Below the pieces are notes generated by a model. It had not been told where the DNA came from. It saw only the letters and a list, made by a program, of their open reading frames with translations, and did not search any database. From the NCBI GenBank assembly GCA_964537895.1, contig CAZIDK010000002.1:18287-82286 (forward strand): DNA of 64,000 nucleotides, given 5' to 3'. The translations under genes were made by a program, and so were the position numbers. Below are positions 35,604-45,791 of this stretch, in pieces. How positions within the stretch are numbered: position 1 is the stretch's first letter; each line of letters begins with the position of its first letter. The stretch is from an uncultured Gammaproteobacteria bacterium (GTDB lineage: Bacteria > Patescibacteriota > Microgenomatia > Levybacterales > UBA12049).

Positions 35604-37076
35604 TTACAGATTTTTTTCAAAAACAATAAAATCTCCGTCTTTAAATATTTGGATGTAACTTTTATCCTGTTGCATATTTTCGACAATTTTTTTCTGTTCC
35701 CCCAAGGAGGGTTGAGCAGACAGGTCGTTTAGAAGAAATAAAATTACGTCTGCTTTGTCTATGCCGACAGGAATGGTAAAGATTTTTTGCCTTTGTGATA
35801 AATGGGCGCCTAAATTATTAGTGGCGGCAACGCTGTAATCTTGCGGAATTCCGGATATGAATTTTTCAATAACTGCCGTATTTGTTAACTGTTTTGTAAA
35901 CATGTCTATGTTTGGCTCTTTAGAGCCGGGTAAAGGTCCCAGGAAATAAGCAGATGTGACTGCGGTAATAATTAAATATATTGAGATTATATTGATACTA
36001 ATTTTAGGAAAATATTTTTTTAGAAAATAAACGGAATAAATAGCAGATATGAATAAAAACGGCGTAACAGAAGCGGTGTACTGATAGTAAATTTGATGAA
36101 GCTGCGGATTATTACTAAGTAAGTTTATGCCTAAATCAGAGACTGCAAAAAGTAAAATGAAGGGGGAAATAAGCGGCAAAAATCCAAGCGGAGACAAAAG
36201 TTGCAGTAAGTAATTAAGCTGATCTTTTTGAAATACAGTAAAAAGTGTTTTTAAGGGATTTAGAATAATATTTTTTGCTATATCAGACGCTGAGCTTCCA
36301 AACTCTGAATAATATTCTAAAGCAAAATGGTTTCCTCCTCTTTCCATTGGAATTGCAATCCAGATAAGATAATAAAATACAGAAATTGAGCTAACAAAAA
36401 CTATTGCTCCAAGTAAGATATTTTTTAATTGAGTCTTATTTAAAGAATTAAATCTTAATTTGCTTTTTATAATTTCTCTTAAGCTTATTGTTATTCCTAA
36501 AAGCGCAATAGTTGACCAAACTTGTTCTTTTGTAAGTCCTGCTAGAATGGCAAATAAAATAAAAAATAAATATTTCTTTTTAAGTAAAAAGTAAAAACCG
36601 CCAAGGAGAAAAGTGGTCCCAAGTGCTACAGGGTGAAAGTCGTAAAGATTTGTATATCCAACTGCCGGATTTATAAGAAATATAAATGCAAAAATTAAAG
36701 AAATGTTTTTATTCTTTAATATTTTTTTTGAAATTAAAAAAACAAATACTGCTCCAAGTCCCAAAACAACGCTTTGCAGTAAAAGAAGCATTTTGGGATT
36801 TTCCCATATTAAGTAAAGAGGAGATATTAAAACTAAAATAAAATCAGCATGGAACGAAAGTCTTGAAATTATATCAGTACCATTTGGGTCAGTAATTTGG
36901 AAAAATCTTCCCTGAAATGAGTTCCAAACAGCCTGATCCATGTTGCCCAAATCAAAACGCCCCGTATAAAAGTTGTCGTATCTTAGAAAACTTGCCAGAG
37001 TGAAGTAGGATATATAAATAATAACCAAAAGTAAAAGTGTTATTTCGAACTTATATTTATTTATGAATATTTTCAT
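35604..37076 (-). CDS. DUF2079-family polytopic membrane protein (putative GT-C-type glycosyltransferase)
   Basis: FDLGNMDQAVWN motif; more than 10 TM helices. Confidence 0.5.
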   Translation of the reverse strand: MKIFINKYKFEITLLLLVIIYISYFTLASFLRYDNFYTGRFDLGNMDQAVWNSFQGRFFQITDPNGTDIISRLSFHADFILVLISPLYLIWENPKMLLLLQSVVLGLGAVFVFLISKKILKNKNISLIFAFIFLINPAVGYTNLYDFHPVALGTTFLLGGFYFLLKKKYLFFILFAILAGLTKEQVWSTIALLGITISLREIIKSKLRFNSLNKTQLKNILLGAIVFVSSISVFYYLIWIAIPMERGGNHFALEYYSEFGSSASDIAKNIILNPLKTLFTVFQKDQLNYLLQLLSPLGFLPLISPFILLFAVSDLGINLLSNNPQLHQIYYQYTASVTPFLFISAIYSVYFLKKYFPKISINIISIYLIITAVTSAYFLGPLPGSKEPNIDMFTKQLTNTAVIEKFISGIPQDYSVAATNNLGAHLSQRQKIFTIPVGIDKADVILFLLNDLSAQPSLGEQKKIVENMQQDKSYIQIFKDGDFIVFEKNL

Positions 37077-38014
37077 TTTGTGTTAGTTTTTAACCTAAGT
37101 TTATAAACTAAGAAAATTAACAATAGATAAGAAAGCTCGGAGATAATTAGTACGACGCGAGAAAATATAGCGAAAAATCCGGAATTTGTTATTGTCATAA
37201 TTTTGAGAAGTCCTACGGTAACCACTCCCTCCCTAACGCCCAGACCCATCGGAGTTATAAAAGATAAATAACCGATAAGTAACGCAAGCGTAAAGAAAGA
37301 TGATAGCGCGATTACTTGGCTTAGATTTTCCGGGAAAAGAGATAACAGAATAAAGAAGTTGGCAAGTCCGAATATTGCAAATACAAGAAAGGACAATATG
37401 GTTAAGTTAATTTTAGAACTTATTGACAAACCCTGTAGGTAAAGGGAAGAGATAAACGAATTTTTTTTATCGTACTTTTTTTTAAATATATAGGCGAGAA
37501 CAAAGAAATATATAAATGTAGCAATAAATGTTATGGGTAAAATAGCACTTAGTTTGTCTTTTAGTGCACCAGGGGCGTCTAGAATCCATGCAAAGGAAAA
37601 AGATGATACTAGCACACAACCGGCGATTATAAGTTGAACCTCTAATAATAGTCCCTTTACAACACTTTCCTTATCTATACCCATCTGTGTAAAAAGAGAA
37701 CCCCGGCTAAGCAGAGACCATACATTACCCGGAACAAAACGTTTTAGCTCCGATGCGGCAAATTTATAGGCATTTTCTATGTAGAAAACTTCATAACCCA
37801 TGTTTTTCAGAAGCTCTTTCCATAAAACACTGCGTGATACGTAGTAAAGGAAAAAGAGCAGTATGCCTATAGCAAAATAAAATAGACTGATACTTTTTAT
37901 GTATGGGATAATTTCCGGAAGCTTTCCTGATATTAAGCGAAGAACAAACAAAAGCGCAATAATAGAAAGCGGCCAGCCGATAAGAAATTTTAAAATAGGT
38001 AAGATTTTATTCAT
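37073..38014 (-). CDS. flippase-like membrane protein (UPF0104/LPG-synthase TM-region family)
   Basis: About 8 TM helices; overlaps the upstream gene by 4 nt. Confidence 0.45.
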   Translation of the reverse strand: MNKILPILKFLIGWPLSIIALLFVLRLISGKLPEIIPYIKSISLFYFAIGILLFFLYYVSRSVLWKELLKNMGYEVFYIENAYKFAASELKRFVPGNVWSLLSRGSLFTQMGIDKESVVKGLLLEVQLIIAGCVLVSSFSFAWILDAPGALKDKLSAILPITFIATFIYFFVLAYIFKKKYDKKNSFISSLYLQGLSISSKINLTILSFLVFAIFGLANFFILLSLFPENLSQVIALSSFFTLALLIGYLSFITPMGLGVREGVVTVGLLKIMTITNSGFFAIFSRVVLIISELSYLLLIFLVYKLRLKTNTK

Positions 38015-38215
38015 TTAAAACTTTATGCTAGGACAATTATACAATAAGAGGATGGGTTTATTTGGGTATTTAAGGTGTTTGCCATAAGGCTTCAAAATCC
38101 GAAATTGTGAGCCGTAGCGGGGTCAGGTGGAACCAGATATTCGATTCCCTGATCCTAACTTCCCACAAACTCATTAAACTAGGCTTTACATATTATAACG
38201 GAAAAGTAGCCATAA

Positions 38216-38680
38216 TTGAAAGTAGCGAGGAGGATTCCAGTGTTTAACTCCTCTCTTTACGATGAAACAACTTTTTATAGTGCTTTTTTGAGAGATTTAG
38301 AGACATGCAAAGAGGAAGTTTTTATTGAGAGTCCGTTTATTACTCAAAGAAGGGCTCAACAGTTAATTCCTGTATTTAATAGGCTTTTGTCTAAGGGAAT
38401 AAAAATTTATGTTATGACCAGAGATCCAAAGGAGCACGAAGAAGGTATGGAATATCAGTCAGAAGATACGATAAGAACATTTGAGATTATGGGAGTTCAA
38501 GTCTTGCTATGTGTTGGTAATCATCACAGAAAACTAGCAATCCTTGATAGAAAAATACTTTGGGAAGGAAGTCTTAACATCCTTTCCCAAACACAAAGCC
38601 GGGAAATAATGAGAAGGATTGAAAACAAGGAGCTGACAGAAGAAATGTTTAGTTTTTTGAATTTGAGCAGATTTTTATAA
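38216..38680 (+). CDS. PLD-family single-HKD nuclease, paralog 2
   Basis: NHHRKLAILDRKILWEGSLNILSQ; aligns end-to-end with 6224..6712. Confidence 0.65.
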   Translation: MKVARRIPVFNSSLYDETTFYSAFLRDLETCKEEVFIESPFITQRRAQQLIPVFNRLLSKGIKIYVMTRDPKEHEEGMEYQSEDTIRTFEIMGVQVLLCVGNHHRKLAILDRKILWEGSLNILSQTQSREIMRRIENKELTEEMFSFLNLSRFL

Positions 38681-38683
38681 ATT

Positions 38684-38884
38684 TTGGTATACTGCAGGGA
38701 ACAAACTATGTATAGCGAAGAACAAATACAAAAAATGATCGAAAAGATTAAAAAAATTAAACCGGAAGAAGCTACTAGAGAAAGAGCAATCAAAGTATTA
38801 AATATGTTACCAAAAGTTGCTAACGACATTGCAAAGGCTTTGAAGCAATTAGTTAAAGAGTCGGAAAAGAAACTTTCAAATTAA
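38684..38884 (+). CDS. small charged helical protein
   Basis: 66 aa, 4 nt after the PLD gene. Confidence 0.35.
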   Translation: MVYCREQTMYSEEQIQKMIEKIKKIKPEEATRERAIKVLNMLPKVANDIAKALKQLVKESEKKLSN

Positions 38885-39105
38885 ACAGGTACCACATCCG
38901 AAGATTTTAGTTTTAATACTTTAGCAATTTTAGCCATAACTTTAGATCCCGGACTGTCTATTTCTCCCCGCTCAATCATAGAATAATAATTCGAAGTTAT
39001 ACCTACTTTTTCGGCAACATCAGATTGTTTTAATCCTAAACTTTTCCTTGCATTTTTTAAAGTTTTACCTATTCTTTCTTGAGAATTCACAACGTAATTA
39101 TACAT
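38881..39105 (-). CDS. XRE-family HTH transcriptional regulator
   Basis: LGLKQSDVAEKVGITSNYYSMIERGE Cro/C1-type HTH. Confidence 0.7.
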   Translation of the reverse strand: MYNYVVNSQERIGKTLKNARKSLGLKQSDVAEKVGITSNYYSMIERGEIDSPGSKVMAKIAKVLKLKSSDVVPV

Positions 39106-39311
39106 CCTTTACTTAAAATTTGCTCTATTTTCAGTTTTACAGAATATGCAAAAGGTTTGATACAATACTAATAATGATTGGTTTCTTTAAACAAAAAGAC
39201 CAAAAACCTTTTAGCTACTCCTCAATTGAAATGAGAAAAAATTCCCGAGGTTATTATAAATGGATTGCAGTTATTATTATTTTTATAGCTATCTTATTTA
39301 TTCTCTTCTTT

Positions 39312-40445
39312 TTAAAGTGAGTTAAGAAACTCCTTGATAGTCGTTCCTCGTAAAGCTACCCAAGCAGCAATAAACGTCGTTATGGGAACAGCTAAGATTA
39401 ACGCACTGCTCCCAACAATGCTCTTTATAATCTCCTCCATTGTGGATTCATTATTTAGAATTACCCAGATAGGTAAATGCATTGGATTTATTTCAAAAAA
39501 TATTAGAACAGCCAAAGAAGATCCTGTAAAAGCAAGTATAAGAGTGTTTATTAAAGAAGCAATATGTTCTTTGCCGATATCCATTCCCTTGCTAAACAAC
39601 TCCGATAGTTTTTGCTTTGGATTTTCCTTAACTAAAGTAAATATGGTTATTGACTGGGTAGTAGTTATGTCGTTTAATGCCCCCAAAGTTGCTATAAGTA
39701 TACCTCCCAAGAGTAAGCCTTTAGGATTTATTGAAGTTCCCATTTGTAAATTGTAAATATCTTCACTCCCAAGTCCTGTTGTTTTCATTAAATCTACAAT
39801 TGTTGTTGCAAGCCATCCCGCTATTAAAAATGCTAGAGAAGTACCCAATATCGCAACCGTTGTTTTAAGAGAGATTCCATGGGCAATATACGTAGTAGTA
39901 ACAAGAATAATAAATCCTCCAATAATGCAGGTTTGCAAAGGATCCTGCCCGTGTAATATCTGAGGAATGATCCATAAAATGATAATTGCAAGGCTTACCG
40001 CAAGCCCTATGATCGCCCCAATGCCCTTTTTCCCTCCAATAAAACCGATTAGCAACATAAAAGCAATTAATACTAAGAGTAGAGAATTTAATCTATAAGG
40101 TTCATATATCGCATATTGTGTACCTCCTTTTAAATATTGCTTACTGTTTACAACTACAGTATCTCCAGGATTTATAGTTAGAGAAGTTTTAGGATCGCCG
40201 GACATTTCAATAACCACAGTCTTTCCTTTTTCTTTGCCGTCAAGTAGCTGAACTTTAAATTTTTGGTTTAAATTCTTTTGACCATAAGTTGTTTGTAATT
40301 TTTGACTAAGAATTGAAATTATCTTTCCTTGAATAAAAGATTCTTTAAAGTTTAGATTGCCGGGCACTTGAGCAAAAGTTGAAGAGGCAAACATAAAGGC
40401 AAAAACCAAGAAGGATATTAATATAAAAAGAGTTTTCTTTAACAT
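39312..40445 (-). CDS. YibE/F-family membrane protein
   Basis: Secreted N-terminal domain then about 7 TM helices; GQDPLQTCIIGGF region. Confidence 0.5.
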   Translation of the reverse strand: MLKKTLFILISFLVFAFMFASSTFAQVPGNLNFKESFIQGKIISILSQKLQTTYGQKNLNQKFKVQLLDGKEKGKTVVIEMSGDPKTSLTINPGDTVVVNSKQYLKGGTQYAIYEPYRLNSLLLVLIAFMLLIGFIGGKKGIGAIIGLAVSLAIIILWIIPQILHGQDPLQTCIIGGFIILVTTTYIAHGISLKTTVAILGTSLAFLIAGWLATTIVDLMKTTGLGSEDIYNLQMGTSINPKGLLLGGILIATLGALNDITTTQSITIFTLVKENPKQKLSELFSKGMDIGKEHIASLINTLILAFTGSSLAVLIFFEINPMHLPIWVILNNESTMEEIIKSIVGSSALILAVPITTFIAAWVALRGTTIKEFLNSL

Positions 40446-40555
40446 ATTGAGAATTATATCAAAATTATCAATTACCTAACTAATTACAAAGGAGAAAATA
40501 TTACTACTTGACAGATGCAAATGAGTTGCATATACTATGTGCAAGTGAATTGCAT

Positions 40556-41440
40556 ATGAAAATAGCATTAGCCGGAAAAGGCGGAACAGGAAAAACTACA
40601 GTAACCACTCTTATAACATCTTATTTAGCAAAAGATGCTAAGGTTTTGGCATTTGATATTGATTCTAACGAAAATCTTGCTCACTCTCTTGGTTTTTCAT
40701 CGGAAAGCATTTCAAAATTAGAACGAATAAGAAACTTCTATAACGATATTTTTAACTACACAAAAACGGATTTTGATTGGAAGATTAGAAAATATACTCC
40801 TCAACCCGATGCAAATTATTATTTTTTCAAAAACGGGACTATGGACTCTTTCTTAAAGAAGATAACCATAACTAAAGGCAACGTCTCAGTTGGTCATCTT
40901 GGAACTGTAAGCGAAGAAAATAGGGGCATAGAAAATATGTGCGAATCATATACGCTTATGCGAATTTTCCTTAATCATTTAAAAGAAGACAAAAAAGATT
41001 TTGTAATTGCTGACCTAGCAGCTGGAAATGATTTATTAACACGAGCAACGGTAATGAACATGGATGAAATAATACTTGTTGTTGAACCGGCAAGTAAAAA
41101 CCTTACCGTAGCAAAGGATATTCTAATTTCTCTTGAAAAGCTTTTGTTTACAAGAATTTATATCGTTGTCAACAAGAGTTTTGACGAAAAGGATATTAAG
41201 TTGGTTCAAAAGGAGCTTAAAGTAGATAAGAAATTTATAACAAGAATTCCTTTTTCCAAAGAACTACTAATGCTTGATAATAAAAACGATTTGACTTTTG
41301 ATTCTGCGCCAAAAGAAGTAAGAAAGGAGATTGAAGAGTTGTTAGAAAATATAAAAAGAAATGCTATAGACGAAAAAAAGCTTATAAAAAGAGCCTCTCA
41401 TATCGATGCAAGACTTTTTTCTGACGCTCCCTCTTTATAA
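40556..41440 (+). CDS. ParA/MinD/CooC-family P-loop ATPase
   Basis: Deviant Walker A KGGTGKTT at N-terminus (start set at the internal ATG). Confidence 0.6.
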   Translation: MKIALAGKGGTGKTTVTTLITSYLAKDAKVLAFDIDSNENLAHSLGFSSESISKLERIRNFYNDIFNYTKTDFDWKIRKYTPQPDANYYFFKNGTMDSFLKKITITKGNVSVGHLGTVSEENRGIENMCESYTLMRIFLNHLKEDKKDFVIADLAAGNDLLTRATVMNMDEIILVVEPASKNLTVAKDILISLEKLLFTRIYIVVNKSFDEKDIKLVQKELKVDKKFITRIPFSKELLMLDNKNDLTFDSAPKEVRKEIEELLENIKRNAIDEKKLIKRASHIDARLFSDAPSL

Positions 41441-41442
41441 AT

Positions 41443-42309
41443 ATGAAAGGAATAGTAATTGTAACAGGGGCAAACTTCAGAGAATCCAAAAGGTTATTTA
41501 ATAATACCGATAAGTCACTACTTGTTGAACACGAAGGAAAAAAACTTAAATTCAACGCTGGAGCAGCAACAGCTATCGTTTTAAATCAAGCAGATTACCT
41601 TGTGTATATGACGGGTGCTTCTTTTGAAAACCTGGAAATAATAGCAAAACAACTTAAAGGAGAATTTTACTTTGAAGAAATAGATTTACTAGATAAAAGT
41701 GCTGTTAAAAAACTTGCAGATAACATAAAAAACCTTAAAGAAAAAACTGGACTTGACGTTCATATTGTACATTATGGCGGGGCATCTGAAACTAAAGTTC
41801 CGCTTCCCAGAAATACCATCTATTTGGATCCATACGAAACACCAAGTGAAGCAATTTCACCGATGATCGATTATAACTGCGTTACTTGGCTTAACTTAAT
41901 TCAGGCGCTTAAGGAAGTAACTCAGAGTCAAAAGATAACAAAAAATATTGTTATATCAGCAGTAGCAGCTATAAGAACTGGACGCTTCTTTCTTCTGGAC
42001 GCAATACAAAAAGGAGCAGTGCATTCAATGGCAAGAACCCTTGCAGTAGATTTAACTAAAGAAAATATGTTTATTACAGAAATCATGCCGGGGATTACCG
42101 ATACGGGATTTTATGATACAGATGAAACGTTAGACGCTACAATCCAAATCTCGAAAGAGTACGGATACGAATATCCTAGTAAAGATGACTTGCCAGTACT
42201 TCCTGCACAAAGAATTGCTGATTCAATAAAATTTGTGTTAGATACACCAGCTCATATTAGAGAAATATCCTTAATTCCATTTGGGCAATATCCCCAACTT
42301 GGAGCATAA
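41443..42309 (+). CDS. Rossmann-fold SDR-like protein, catalytic Tyr apparently replaced
   Basis: IVTGAN N-terminus; DAIQK where SDRs have YxxxK. Confidence 0.35.
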   Translation: MKGIVIVTGANFRESKRLFNNTDKSLLVEHEGKKLKFNAGAATAIVLNQADYLVYMTGASFENLEIIAKQLKGEFYFEEIDLLDKSAVKKLADNIKNLKEKTGLDVHIVHYGGASETKVPLPRNTIYLDPYETPSEAISPMIDYNCVTWLNLIQALKEVTQSQKITKNIVISAVAAIRTGRFFLLDAIQKGAVHSMARTLAVDLTKENMFITEIMPGITDTGFYDTDETLDATIQISKEYGYEYPSKDDLPVLPAQRIADSIKFVLDTPAHIREISLIPFGQYPQLGA

Positions 42310-42323
42310 AGGAGGTGAAATAA

Positions 42324-42488
42324 ATGAAATTTTATAACGTTAAGACAAGACAACCAGTAGAAATAGATGACAGTAAAGTAACAGTTGTAACAATGAAAAA
42401 CGGTAAAAAAGCAGCAAAAGCAGAAGACAATGGAGTTGGACTTTTTAAGATATTAAGTAACGAAGATGCAGCGAGACTATCAAAATAG
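42324..42488 (+). CDS. small protein (54 aa)
   Basis: Strong SD AGGAGGTG 6 nt upstream; MKFYNVKTRQPVEIDDSKVTVVTMKNGKKAAKAEDNGVGLFKILSNEDAARLSK; followed by two hairpins. Confidence 0.45.
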   Translation: MKFYNVKTRQPVEIDDSKVTVVTMKNGKKAAKAEDNGVGLFKILSNEDAARLSK

Positions 42489-42577
42489 GACATTTGGCCA
42501 AATGCCTTTGCTCGGCATTTTACACAATAATACTAAAAGCCTTTGAAAAAAGGGCTTTTAGTATGTAAAATACATAT

Positions 42578-43006
42578 ATGAAAACTCACGATTGTAGAAA
42601 TGAACTTAACGACTTCAATTTAAGAGCCACCCCTGCCAGAGTGGCAACCATGAAGTGTTTGGAAACCATTGATAAACCGGTTGATGTAAACTCTATAATT
42701 GATTACCTCAAAACAGAAAATGTAGATGTCGACCCAGCAACAATTTTCAGAATGATGAATTTATTCATGGAAAGGGGTTTAATAAAACAGATTAGATTCC
42801 AAGACGCTATCACCAGGTATGAACTATCTAATAAAGGAGACCACCATCATTTAATTTGCGAGAGCTGCGGCAAAATTGAAGCGATATCCGATACCGTTTT
42901 TCCCATAATGGAAAAATATATTAAGGAAAAAAGTAAGTTTAAAGTTAAAAGCCACTCCCTTGAAGTATTCGGAATTTGTGAGGACTGTCAAAAGCACACA
43001 TCTTGA
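42578..43006 (+). CDS. Fur-family metal-responsive transcriptional regulator
   Basis: HHHLICESCGKIEA...CEDCQ metal-binding motifs. Confidence 0.8.
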   Translation: MKTHDCRNELNDFNLRATPARVATMKCLETIDKPVDVNSIIDYLKTENVDVDPATIFRMMNLFMERGLIKQIRFQDAITRYELSNKGDHHHLICESCGKIEAISDTVFPIMEKYIKEKSKFKVKSHSLEVFGICEDCQKHTS

Positions 43007-43049
43007 GTTGTGGGAAATTATAGATTTCCTACAAAATTTGAAACTAATT

Positions 43050-43667
43050 TTAATTCCCACTTCCCAAAAATACTCTCGGATTTACAGGTAATCCAAATAC
43101 ATTTATTTGAAAATGTAAATGTGGTCCCGTTGACCAACCTGAACTTCCCTCTAAAGCAATAATATCCCCGGGTTTTACTTCTTGTCCCGGATATACAAAT
43201 ATTTTGTTTAAGTGACCGTAGAGTGAAGTTATATTATCTCCATGATCAATAATAATATGTTTTCCGTATCCCCAGAATATTTCTCCTGCATATATTACTT
43301 TACCCTTCATAAAAGGAGTAATCGGATCTCCCTGCAAACCATATGGATTAGCAATATCAATTCCTGTATGAAAGATCTGATAAGGCCAGTCTGATTCTCC
43401 GAATTCAAGAGTAATTACACCTTTAACAGGCCATGTAATCACAGGCTTAATTTCTTTTATCACCTCTCCCGTTAACGGGTCATAAATCTGAATTGTATTT
43501 GTTTTGGAATCAAAAGAGGTTAATGAATCTGAAACTATATTTACTCCAACATTCATTAAAATAATAACGGCAATAATGGGAAGTGAAATTGCTATTAAGA
43601 ATGAAAGGATTACAAGTTTGAGTTCTCTTCTAAAATTCCAGAGATTTATAAATTTAAATATAATCAT
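43050..43667 (-). CDS. M23 family metallopeptidase
   Basis: HTGIDIA (HxxxD) and GPHLHFQI (HxH) motifs. Confidence 0.75.
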   Translation of the reverse strand: MIIFKFINLWNFRRELKLVILSFLIAISLPIIAVIILMNVGVNIVSDSLTSFDSKTNTIQIYDPLTGEVIKEIKPVITWPVKGVITLEFGESDWPYQIFHTGIDIANPYGLQGDPITPFMKGKVIYAGEIFWGYGKHIIIDHGDNITSLYGHLNKIFVYPGQEVKPGDIIALEGSSGWSTGPHLHFQINVFGLPVNPRVFLGSGN

Positions 43668-44926
43668 GCAGAATATATTTCTCTAGGATCTGTTGTAAGT
43701 AGTGGATGTTCTTTGTCGGATGCAACTACTTTTAAAGCAACATGATTCTGATCCGCAATTATTAAAGCCTCTCCTTTGTCGCAGGTTAAAAGAAAATGCT
43801 GTTCATATTCACTTAAATTAAATTCACTGGCAACTTTTTTAATGGTGGTTGTATCCTGTTTCATTAAGATCCTTAAAGAAGACTGCGAAGCAATCGCTCT
43901 TCCGTAGTCTTGAGAAAGAAAATCATTTGCCTGTTGGGAAATAATAGTTACTCCTAAATAGTATTTTCTTGCCCGTCTTGTAAGGCCTGCGATAAATCTT
44001 GCGCTTTCTTCGTGAGCAAGTAATATCCATCCCTCGTCAATTACAAGTATTCTTTTTTGCGGATTTAGTTTTACTTGTGAATTGACAAAGTTTGCAACTA
44101 CCATCATCATAACTTGTCTTAATGATTCGTCTAAATCTTTAATGTCAAAAACAACAAGCCTGTTTGATAGCTCGATATTTGTATGTTCATTAAATACGCT
44201 AGACAGGGAACCCTTAATATATTTCTCAAGTTTTTGGCTTAATTTCTTCTGTTTAAGCTGTTTAAGTGTTTTATAAAAATCTTTAAGTAGCGGATATGTT
44301 TTTTGTTTTGGTTTTCTGCCCCTAGTGTCTTTTTTCTTTTTCGGTTTATAACCGGGGTTTAATAGCCAGCCGAAATTTTTATATGTTTGAATGATTGCCT
44401 TATCAACAATTCCTTTTTCTTCTGCACTTAATCCTCCAATCATAAGAGAGATAATTTCAGTTAAGTCTTGAACATGTTCTGAAAGTTCACTCTCTCCGTT
44501 TTTAAGATTAATAGATAAATCAAAAGGATTAATTTTTTCTTTTGATTTGGTTGATAATTTTATATACGTTCCGTTTACGGAATTAGTTAATTGTTTGTAT
44601 TCCCGTTCCGGGTCAATGACAATTACTTTTGTTTGCTGCATAAGTTGTCTTAATATTTCTACTTTTGCGGTGTAGCTTTTTCCACTTCCGCTTTGTGCAA
44701 AGATTATGCTGTTTGCGTTATTTAAGGAAAACCTGTCAACAATAACAAGCGAGTTATTTGACTTATTAATGCCATACAAAATTCCTGATTCCTGTACCAG
44801 CTCTGATGAAACAAAAGGAAAAGTAAGAGCAGCCGAAGAACTGTCTAAATTTCTTTTTTGGGAAAGTTGGTTTTCTCCTCTTGGTAAAACGGATTGTAAT
44901 CCTTCAAGCTGTTGAAAGCTTTTCAT
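43664..44926 (-). CDS. VirB4/TraC-like ATPase, C-terminal domain only
   Basis: AQSGSGKSY Walker A, VIDEGW Walker B; only 420 aa vs about 800 for a full VirB4. Confidence 0.5.
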   Translation of the reverse strand: MKSFQQLEGLQSVLPRGENQLSQKRNLDSSSAALTFPFVSSELVQESGILYGINKSNNSLVIVDRFSLNNANSIIFAQSGSGKSYTAKVEILRQLMQQTKVIVIDPEREYKQLTNSVNGTYIKLSTKSKEKINPFDLSINLKNGESELSEHVQDLTEIISLMIGGLSAEEKGIVDKAIIQTYKNFGWLLNPGYKPKKKKDTRGRKPKQKTYPLLKDFYKTLKQLKQKKLSQKLEKYIKGSLSSVFNEHTNIELSNRLVVFDIKDLDESLRQVMMMVVANFVNSQVKLNPQKRILVIDEGWILLAHEESARFIAGLTRRARKYYLGVTIISQQANDFLSQDYGRAIASQSSLRILMKQDTTTIKKVASEFNLSEYEQHFLLTCDKGEALIIADQNHVALKVVASDKEHPLLTTDPREIYSA

Positions 44927-45040
44927 ACTCTCTTAGGCAGGTGGACAGAAGCTATAAAATTATTGAGCGAAGTATATCACAAACGTGTTACCGATGTATC
45001 TCATCTTCTGCATGCATTTCAAACCAAATTTTTTGGAGGT

Positions 45041-45430
45041 TTATCTTTCCCAAACTTTATCTTCTGGAGCGAAATCAACTTGATGTTCAGGAATTCCAAT
45101 AGAAATACCATATTCCTTAGCATCTTTGTAAAGCACAGGATTGTTTAAATCAACTTTAAAAATTTTAGCTCTGTAAATTATGTAATGGTATTTATCATTT
45201 TTATAATCGGCGTACCATTTATGTTCTTTGTCCAATGAGTTACTTATTTCATTTGCGATGTCGCCTGCACTTTCTTCGAGAACTTCAACTGTGTCCAATG
45301 TCCATTGTAAAAGCCAAGGAGTCTTATGTTCCGAGGTAACCTTTTCAGTCTTTGTGCTTAATACGTTAACTTTATTTAGAACCGATTTATCATCCAAACT
45401 TTCTTCAATAATTACGCCTTTAAAATTCAT
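45041..45430 (-). CDS. hypothetical protein
   Basis: 129-aa ORF. Confidence 0.4.
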   Translation of the reverse strand: MNFKGVIIEESLDDKSVLNKVNVLSTKTEKVTSEHKTPWLLQWTLDTVEVLEESAGDIANEISNSLDKEHKWYADYKNDKYHYIIYRAKIFKVDLNNPVLYKDAKEYGISIGIPEHQVDFAPEDKVWER

Positions 45431-45590
45431 AACCTAATTATATCATCCGAGTCTGCAAAACCAAATTTTCCGGTGTATTTATCACCATTAATTGTTGTTA
45501 AAACCTAGAGTATTTAGCCCCTTGACAGCTATTCCTATAAGGGATATATTATAAATATAGTTATAATATGAAGCTAAATTCTGCACCATC

Positions 45591-45791
45591 ATGAATCAAA
45601 TAGAATTGATAAATCAGGCTCAAGATAAAGTTAAAAAAGTAGGCAGAAAGGTTAAGCTTGCAATATCAACTTTATCCCCGGAAGAACGATTAGATTCCTT
45701 AGCAAATATCGTTATTGAGCGAATTCTTGAAGAAAACCAAAACCCCAAATTACCAGCAATACCAACTAATAAAGGAGATTTAACCATATGA
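45591..45791 (+). CDS. small protein overlapping the recombinase start (candidate directionality/accessory factor)
   Basis: 66 aa, 4-nt overlap with the recombinase gene. Confidence 0.35.
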   Translation: MNQIELINQAQDKVKKVGRKVKLAISTLSPEERLDSLANIVIERILEENQNPKLPAIPTNKGDLTI

